Source: Eubacteriales bacterium
GTDB lineage: Bacteria > Bacillota > Clostridia > Oscillospirales > JAAYXM01
DNA: 64,000 nt
Direction: 5' to 3'
Assembly (NCBI GenBank): GCA_045580305.1
Contig: JAZNNQ010000027.1
Span: 5,772-69,771 of the forward strand
Shown here: piece by piece, positions 10,695 to 16,390 of the stretch
Layout: every line of letters begins with the position of its first letter
How positions within the stretch are numbered: the first letter of the stretch is position 1
The notes under the pieces: model-generated
What the model saw: only the letters and a program-made list of their open reading frames with translations
The model's database searches: none
Told to the model about the DNA's origin: nothing
Position numbers and translations under genes: made by a program

Positions 10695-11564
10695 ATGAAC
10701 AGTCATATCGAGCGCGCTAAAATACTTGTAGAGGCGCTTCCCTATATCCAGAAATACTATAACAAGACCGTTGTTATAAAATACGGCGGCAACGCTATGA
10801 TAAACGAGGAGTTAAAAGAGGCGGTAATCAACGATATTGTGCTTCTTTCCCTTGTCGGCGTTAAGGTTGTTGTCGTACACGGCGGTGGCCCCGAGATTAA
10901 CGCTATGTTCGAGCGCGTTGGTAAGGAGAGCAAGTTTGTAAACGGTCTCCGCTATACCGATGATGACTCTATGGACTTAGTCCAGATGGTACTCGCCGGC
11001 AAATTAAATAAGGAAATCGTTTCCATCATCAATAAGGCGGGCGGTCGCGCAATCGGCCTCTGCGGTATTGATGGCGGACTTTTCAAGGCTGAAAAGTTAA
11101 CTGAGGACGGCTTTGACTATGGTCGTGTAGGTGAGATCACCCAGGTTGACACCTCTGTTGTAAACGATGCCCTTAATTGCGGCTTTATCCCGGTTATCTC
11201 CACCGTTGCACAGGGCGAGGACGGAAGCTATAACATCAACGCTGACACTGCGGCTGCAAAGCTTGCGGCGGCGCTTGGTGCTGAAAAGGTTATGCTCCTT
11301 ACCGATATTGCAGGTCTTATGATGGATCCCAAGGATCCCACGACCCTTATCCGCGATATCAATGTTTCCGAGATTCCCCGTCTCCAGCGCGACGGCGTTA
11401 TCTCCGGCGGTATGATTCCCAAGATCGACTGCTGTGTTGAGGCGGTTCGTCAGGGCGTTGCCCAGGCGAATATTTTAGACGGAAGAGTTCCCCACTCCAT
11501 CCTTATGGAGATGCTGTCCGATGAGGGTATCGGCACTATGATCTACGGCGAAAGGTGTGTGTAA
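10695..11564 (+). CDS. argB: acetylglutamate kinase
   Basis: 289 aa, VIKYGGNAM...VVVHGGGP...NINAD.AA. Confidence 0.95.
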   Translation: MNSHIERAKILVEALPYIQKYYNKTVVIKYGGNAMINEELKEAVINDIVLLSLVGVKVVVVHGGGPEINAMFERVGKESKFVNGLRYTDDDSMDLVQMVLAGKLNKEIVSIINKAGGRAIGLCGIDGGLFKAEKLTEDGFDYGRVGEITQVDTSVVNDALNCGFIPVISTVAQGEDGSYNINADTAAAKLAAALGAEKVMLLTDIAGLMMDPKDPTTLIRDINVSEIPRLQRDGVISGGMIPKIDCCVEAVRQGVAQANILDGRVPHSILMEMLSDEGIGTMIYGERCV

Positions 11565-11570
11565 TTTTCG

Positions 11571-12758
11571 ATGAACACACAGGAAATAAAATGTAAAGAT
11601 TCCGCATTTATAATGCAGACCTACGGCCGCTTCCCCGTTGCGATAACACGCGGCGAGGGTGCTAAGGTCTACAGCCCGGAGGGCAAGGAATATATCGACT
11701 TTACAAGCGGTATCGGCGTTTGTAGCGTAGGCTATGGCAATAAAGAATGGGCAGACGCTATATACGCGCAGGCTTTAAAGCTCGGTCACATCTCAAACCT
11801 CTATTACACCGAACCGTCGGTAATTCTTGCGGAGCGTCTGTGTACTATTTCCGGTATGAGCAATGTGTTTTTCTCAAACTCCGGTGCTGAGAGTAACGAA
11901 GGCGCAATCAAACTTGCAAGAAAGTACAGCCGTGATAAATACGGTGATGGCAGAAGTAAGATTATCACTCTTTACCAGTCCTTCCACGGCAGAACGGTTA
12001 CCACTCTTGCCGCAACCGGCCAGGATGTGTTCCACACAAACTTTTTCCCTTTTACCGAGGGATTTGTCCATGTTCCGGCAAACGATTTTGAGGCACTTCT
12101 AAACGAGGTTGACGACACCACTTGCGCTATTATGATGGAGCTTGTTCAGGGCGAGGGCGGCGTATTACCGCTTGATCGTGAATTTGTAAATAAAGTTCGC
12201 ACACTTTGCGACGAAAAAGACATTCTCCTTATAATCGACGAGGTGCAGACCGGTATCGGTCGTACGGGCAAACTTTTCGCCTTTATGGAATACGGCATCC
12301 TGCCCGATGTTGCAACTACCGCAAAGGGTATTGCAGGCGGTCTTCCGATGGGTGCTGTATTTGCAAGTGAGAAGACAAAAAATGTACTTACTGCAGGTAC
12401 ACACGCTACCACATTTGGCGCAAACCCGATATGCGCTGCTGCGGCAAACAAAGTTCTCGATATTTTAGAGAGCGGAGTGCTTGCTGAAGTATCAAAAAAA
12501 GGTGCATACATCCGCGAGAAAATCGAGGCTATGAACCTTGATATTGTAAAGGGCACCCGTGGTTTGGGTATGATGATCGGCGTCATTGTCCCGGAGGGTG
12601 AGCATAAGGCGCTTGCCGCAAAATTAATTGATGCAGGACTTCTGTGTATCACAGCAGGTAAGGATGCAATTCGATTCTTACCACCCCTTACAATAACATA
12701 TGAAGAAATAGATCTTGGTCTTAAAATATTTGAAACCGTTATGAAGGAGGCGAAGTAG
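11571..12758 (+). CDS. argD: acetylornithine aminotransferase
   Basis: 395 aa class-III PLP aminotransferase (SGAESNEGA..., IDEVQTG.GRTG, TFGANP). Confidence 0.93.
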   Translation: MNTQEIKCKDSAFIMQTYGRFPVAITRGEGAKVYSPEGKEYIDFTSGIGVCSVGYGNKEWADAIYAQALKLGHISNLYYTEPSVILAERLCTISGMSNVFFSNSGAESNEGAIKLARKYSRDKYGDGRSKIITLYQSFHGRTVTTLAATGQDVFHTNFFPFTEGFVHVPANDFEALLNEVDDTTCAIMMELVQGEGGVLPLDREFVNKVRTLCDEKDILLIIDEVQTGIGRTGKLFAFMEYGILPDVATTAKGIAGGLPMGAVFASEKTKNVLTAGTHATTFGANPICAAAANKVLDILESGVLAEVSKKGAYIREKIEAMNLDIVKGTRGLGMMIGVIVPEGEHKALAAKLIDAGLLCITAGKDAIRFLPPLTITYEEIDLGLKIFETVMKEAK

Positions 12759-12761
12759 CCA

Positions 12762-13673
12762 ATGAAACACCTTTTAAAAATTACCGATTTATCCCGCGAG
12801 GACATCACCCACATTTTAGATGTGGCAGATCAGCTTAAATATAACCAGAAGCACGGAATTCCCCACAGACTTCTCGAGGGCAAGACCCTTGCTATGATTT
12901 TCCAGAAATCGTCCACCCGTACCCGTGTTTCCTTCGATGTTGGTATGTTCCAGCTTGGCGGCCACGCGATGTTCCTCTCTACTGCTGATATTCAGATGGG
13001 CAGAGGTGAGTCCATTCGTGACACCGCCCGCGTTCTTTCCCGCTATTGCGACGGTATTATGATCCGTACCTACGGTCAGGACGAGGTTGAGGAACTTGCT
13101 GAATATGCAACTATTCCGGTTATAAACGGCCTTACCGACTACTCTCATCCCTGCCAGGTTTTAGCTGACTTAATGACAATTCGTGAGCATCTTAAGACCT
13201 TAGAGGGACTCCATATGTGCTATATCGGCGACGGTAATAATATGGCAAACTCTCTTGTTGCCGGCGGTCTTATCACCGGTATGAAGGTAACCTGCGCTAC
13301 TCCCAAGGGCTATGAGCCGGACCCCCAGATACTTGATTTTGCAAAGCAGTACAATGATAAGTTTACCTGGTATGAGGATGTTATGGAAGCGGCAAAGGGC
13401 GCTGACATTCTTGTTACCGATGTTTGGGCAAGTATGGGTCAGGAGTCAGAGCGTGAAGAGCGCGCAAGAATTTTCAAAGGCTATCAGATAAATGATGCTG
13501 TAATGCAGGTGGCAAATAAGGGCGCAATCGTCCTCCACTGCTTACCCGCACATAAGGGCGAAGAGATCACCGAAGAGGTATTTGAAAAGTATGCAGACAG
13601 CATCTTCGATGAGGCTGAGAACAGACTCCATGCACAGAAAGCGGTTATGGCGATCTGCATGGGCGATAAGTAA
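12762..13673 (+). CDS. argF: ornithine carbamoyltransferase
   Basis: 303 aa, STRTR carbamoyl-phosphate motif, HPCQ.LAD, HCLP. Confidence 0.95.
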   Translation: MKHLLKITDLSREDITHILDVADQLKYNQKHGIPHRLLEGKTLAMIFQKSSTRTRVSFDVGMFQLGGHAMFLSTADIQMGRGESIRDTARVLSRYCDGIMIRTYGQDEVEELAEYATIPVINGLTDYSHPCQVLADLMTIREHLKTLEGLHMCYIGDGNNMANSLVAGGLITGMKVTCATPKGYEPDPQILDFAKQYNDKFTWYEDVMEAAKGADILVTDVWASMGQESEREERARIFKGYQINDAVMQVANKGAIVLHCLPAHKGEEITEEVFEKYADSIFDEAENRLHAQKAVMAICMGDK

Positions 13674-13680
13674 AATAAAT

Positions 13681-13716
13681 AAAATAAGAGCATCGGCTTA
13701 CCGATGCTCTTATTTT
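13681..13716. terminator. bidirectional intrinsic terminator (argF / XRE gene)
   Basis: Perfect 16-bp stem aaaataagagcatcgg/ccgatgctcttatttt with loop ctta. A-run on one side and T-run on the other. Confidence 0.85.
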
Positions 13717-13952
13717 ATTTCCTGTTCTAAATTGTTGAAAACTTCTGTAGAAAAGAATTCCCCCAAAGGTATTTCCAACCCATCGCAAAACTTTTTAATT
13801 GTGCGAATGGACACATCGCGGCGATTTTTATCCATCATACTGTATGCTGTTGAGGGCGTGACACCGGATATATTGGCAAGTTCATTAATGGTAATATTGC
13901 GCTCCTTGCACAACTCATAAAATCTATTTACAATTACATCCTTAAGATCCAT
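13710..13952 (-). CDS. XRE-family helix-turn-helix transcriptional regulator
   Basis: 80 aa, ...ITINELANISGVTPSTAYSMM...TIKKFCDGLEIPLGEFF is a classic HTH_3/XRE layout. GAGGTG RBS. Confidence 0.85.
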   Translation of the reverse strand: MDLKDVIVNRFYELCKERNITINELANISGVTPSTAYSMMDKNRRDVSIRTIKKFCDGLEIPLGEFFSTEVFNNLEQEIK

Positions 13953-13995
13953 TTTAAAACACCTCGTAAGGACATTTTAAAATAATTTACGATTA

Positions 13996-14007
13996 TGCGT
14001 ATACGCA
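13996..14007. promoter_or_regulatory. perfect 12-bp palindrome TGCGTATACGCA in the divergent XRE/Zn-ribbon intergenic region (candidate operator)
   Basis: Self-complementary, flanked by TTACG...CGTAA. A TATAAT (14035-14040) lies downstream on the + strand. Confidence 0.4.
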
Positions 14008-14078
14008 CTTGCGTAAACTGCCGAAAGATGTTAGTATAATTGTGAGGACTAAAAAATTCAAACGAAAGGTTGATAAAA

Positions 14079-14258
14079 ATGAAAAACGAAAAAGTAGTGT
14101 TGCCTAAAGGTAAGCTTTGCGCGATGTATTATTGCGGTGATTGTCGTCATTTAGATCGTAGTGACAGATCAAAAGATGGCGAGGCCGCTTACTGCAGACT
14201 TCACAGAACATACAGATGCTTAGATAAAGACTATGGTTGTTCAGACTGGTCAAGATAA
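14079..14258 (+). CDS. 59-aa Cys-rich, Zn-ribbon-like small protein (unknown family)
   Basis: ATG 14079 lies 9 nt after GAAAGG. Cys14/19/22/39/47/54 plus His24/42, giving C-x4-C-x2-C...C-x2-H-x4-C-x6-C. Confidence 0.55.
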   Translation: MKNEKVVLPKGKLCAMYYCGDCRHLDRSDRSKDGEAAYCRLHRTYRCLDKDYGCSDWSR

Positions 14259-14655
14259 GAAAATACATATAAAAGAAGAAATATTTGGTAAAATCTGCGC
14301 GTCAATAAGTAAAAACCGATATGAAACCGGCGGTATTATAGGAATCAACTCACGAGGGATAGTGTGTGCCTTTCAGTTGGATCATATAACAACGGCATAT
14401 CCATACGAATATCGGACAAATACACGGTTTTTAAATGATGTGATTGAAAGGTGGGCAAAAGTAGGTATAACCTTTGCCGGCATCGTCCATTCACATATGC
14501 ATAATAACTGTATATCTCGCGAGGATATAGAATATGCCCGAGAGATATTAAAGGCAAATGAATTTATGAAGGATATCATAATGGGCATTATAGACTTGTC
14601 CGGCGAGGCTGAATATATTGAGTGGTACTTAATCAATGCCGAAACGGTTATGTAG
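14233..14655 (+). CDS. JAB/MPN(JAMM)-like metalloprotease-domain protein
   Basis: 140 aa. E31 lies in YETGGIIG, then 55 aa later H86-S-H88-x6-S95-x2-D98 (IVHSHMHNNCISRED). Canonical JAMM is HxHx7Sx2D, so the spacer is one residue short. Overlaps the upstream ORF by 26 nt. Confidence 0.6.
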   Translation: MVVQTGQDKKIHIKEEIFGKICASISKNRYETGGIIGINSRGIVCAFQLDHITTAYPYEYRTNTRFLNDVIERWAKVGITFAGIVHSHMHNNCISREDIEYAREILKANEFMKDIIMGIIDLSGEAEYIEWYLINAETVM

Positions 14656-14754
14656 TAATAAAAATTAGGGCTAATCTGATAGCCATCCGCACAGAGAGTG
14701 GTGCATATGAAGAGATAATGGGCCAACGAAAGGAAGATAAGGATATGAAAAACA
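14650..14754 (+). repeat. 105-bp direct repeat, copy 1 (leader + RBS + first codons of the downstream gene)
   Basis: The first 62 nt are identical to 15290-15351. The remaining 43 nt have 4 mismatches. Confidence 0.95.
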
Positions 14755-15281
14755 CAGTTGGTGGTTATTGCGCAGGCATAGGAATTGTTTTATTTTTAGC
14801 GATTTGCGGTGTAGGTGAAAGTTGGACGGACACGGCTACAAGGGCTTTAGCGGCAATTGTAATTATTGTATCTACAATAATAGGAATCGCGATGGATATA
14901 AGTGAAGCAAAAACAAATGCGGTAGACAAAAAAGACTCTGCTGCCATAGCTGTTGCAGTTATGTTTATAGAACAGGGATACAAAATCGCGCAACGATACC
15001 GGATTTATGACCCATGCCTTTTAACCGTGCATAAACGAGAGGTTGGGTTCGAAGTTGTATTATACACATTGAGTCCATACTCATATATAGCTAATTTACG
15101 AACAAATGATTTATTTATTCCTCGCAACGATGATGGCGATGGTTGCTTAGTGAAGGTGTGCAATATGGATATTGAGTGCAGTTGGAGTAAGTTTGAGAAG
15201 GAAGTGTGGAATGAAGTCAAGTGTGAACATCCATCTTGGAATGTTCAGTATAACAATGGGCATGGCATAATAAAATTTTAG
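14745..15281 (+). CDS. membrane protein (2-3 N-terminal TM helices plus ~100-aa soluble C-terminal domain), unknown family
   Basis: Start refined to the ATG at 14745 behind GGAAGATAAGG. Hydrophobic runs GIGIVLFLAICGV, ALAAIVIIVSTIIGIA, AAIAVAVMFI. Confidence 0.6.
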   Translation: MKNTVGGYCAGIGIVLFLAICGVGESWTDTATRALAAIVIIVSTIIGIAMDISEAKTNAVDKKDSAAIAVAVMFIEQGYKIAQRYRIYDPCLLTVHKREVGFEVVLYTLSPYSYIANLRTNDLFIPRNDDGDGCLVKVCNMDIECSWSKFEKEVWNEVKCEHPSWNVQYNNGHGIIKF

Positions 15282-15289
15282 TCGATAAT

Positions 15290-15394
15290 ATGTAGTAATA
15301 AAAATTAGGGCTAATCTGATAGCCATCCGCACAGAGAGTGGTGCATATGAATAGATAACGTGCCAACGAAAGGAAGATAAGGGTATGAAAAACA
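15290..15394 (+). repeat. 105-bp direct repeat, copy 2
   Basis: See copy 1. Ends with the same ATGAAAAACA start context. Confidence 0.95.
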
Positions 15395-15498
15395 ATAAAG
15401 AAAGTCGCAGCAATGATCGCGCAATAAATGAGGCATGTGATGTAATAGACGAAGCAATAGAGATTGTAGAAAAACACGCAAATAGTGCTCACAAATAG
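15385..15498 (+). CDS. 37-codon ORF behind repeat copy 2 (MKNNKESRSNDRAINEACDVIDEAIEIVEKHANSAHK)
   Basis: Shares the RBS, ATG and MKN start with the gene at 14745. Not in the ORF track (<60 aa). Coding status uncertain. Confidence 0.3.
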   Translation: MKNNKESRSNDRAINEACDVIDEAIEIVEKHANSAHK

Positions 15499-15500
15499 GT

Positions 15501-15626
15501 ATGATTTCAAGAAGAATAGGTGAGTATTCAAGCTTCTGCATTTACATTGGTGTGGATGATATAGCACAAGCGAAGCAAATAGGAAGTCAAAAACGGAAAG
15601 AACTTCTGTTGGAAAATGCACCGTGA
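15501..15626 (+). pseudogene. 41-codon ORF, possibly the frameshifted N-terminal remnant of the following gene
   Basis: MISRRIGEYSSFCIYIGVDDIAQAKQIGSQKRKELLLENAP. Overlaps the ATG at 15616 by 11 nt in another frame. Confidence 0.2.
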
Positions 15627-16200
15627 TGGATATTTGAATTATGTGAAAAAACCTTGCCTTATATACGAGTCTGTGACAGATGTCGGAAACTTTAAAGAGC
15701 ATGACAAATGGGTGTGGGATGTCATTGTAGGATTTTATGAACCAGAGTGGAATCCATTTTATGACAAGAATGGATTTACCTACATTGTTCAAAGTAATCA
15801 ATATATATCTGCATCGGCTACGAAACAAGCAGAGAAAAAATATTATCCTAATTTAACATGCGAACCAGTAGATACGGTGGTAAAACAAATAGAAAAGGCA
15901 TACAAGATGGTTAAGAAATATAAAAGTTTGTTTGGACCAATAGCTATTGTTATGGGGAAGACTGATAAAAAAGAAACCTACACACTTAGTTTCTCTTCTT
16001 TATTTTTAAGTGAAAAAGATGTTAATTATATAGTCAAAAATGAAGGTTCTCGTGGATTTCGTATAGAGAAAAAGGGAGATTCCGAGTGGCTTTTTCATAC
16101 TGAACTTAGAGGAAATGAAAATCTTCAATCCGGCACATGGGAAAAAGTCGAAAAATTGCATCCAGATTGGGATATTATTGATTATGTTGTATTTTGTTAA
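15616..16200 (+). CDS. hypothetical 194-aa soluble protein, no recognisable motif
   Basis: Long ORF in an AT-rich context, followed by a strong terminator. The C-terminal W-EK-E..HP-W..Y string weakly resembles the C-terminus of the 14745 gene. Confidence 0.55.
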   Translation: MHRDGYLNYVKKPCLIYESVTDVGNFKEHDKWVWDVIVGFYEPEWNPFYDKNGFTYIVQSNQYISASATKQAEKKYYPNLTCEPVDTVVKQIEKAYKMVKKYKSLFGPIAIVMGKTDKKETYTLSFSSLFLSEKDVNYIVKNEGSRGFRIEKKGDSEWLFHTELRGNENLQSGTWEKVEKLHPDWDIIDYVVFC

Positions 16201-16218
16201 TAATATTATGATAGTTAA

Positions 16219-16258
16219 AGGAGCGACCAAAAATAATGGTCGCTCCTAAATTTTATTT
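16219..16258 (+). terminator. intrinsic terminator closing the islet
   Basis: aggagcgacc/ggtcgctcct 10-bp stem with a 9-nt loop, then a T-rich tail. Confidence 0.8.
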
Positions 16259-16390
16259 AAAACAAGAAAAACAAGCTATTATCAACAGAGACGATACCTA
16301 GCAAAAGTGAAACTTTTATATGTTTTGTAGTAGGATTAAAAGATAGATCTACAAATTGATAACTTTTCAAACAAGCATAGCTTGTAATCC

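Noticed and set aside
14221-14260. The Zn-ribbon ORF and JAB ORF as a single gene split by a sequencing error.
   Set aside because: Not rejected outright, but I cannot support it. Both frames are open across the 26-nt overlap and no homopolymer run that would favour an indel is present. It is kept as two CDSs and flagged in the findings.
14650-15394. The 105-bp repeats as template/variable repeats of a diversity-generating retroelement.
   Set aside because: The four mismatches are g/t, t/c, g/t and a/g, so they are not adenine-specific. No reverse transcriptase gene is in the window, and the repeat is mostly non-coding.
14650-15394. The 105-bp repeats as integron attC sites or a CRISPR-like array.
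   Set aside because: There are only two copies, 640 bp apart. There is no R''/R' (RYYYAAC/GTTRRRY) core pair, no intI or cas genes, and no regular short spacers.
15217-15828. 203-aa minus-strand ORF and the minus-strand ORFs at 14382-14726 and 15147-15413. They share the peptide string ...YLFICTTLCADGYQISPNFYYYI.
   Set aside because: The shared peptide is simply the reverse translation of the 105-bp direct repeat. The ORFs cross + strand genes and the intergenic leader, and lack start signals.
13676-16260. Flanking direct repeat (attttattt) at both ends of the AT-rich islet as att sites.
   Set aside because: It is only 9 nt and pure A/T, lying inside terminator tails, so it is indistinguishable from chance. 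No integrase is present.
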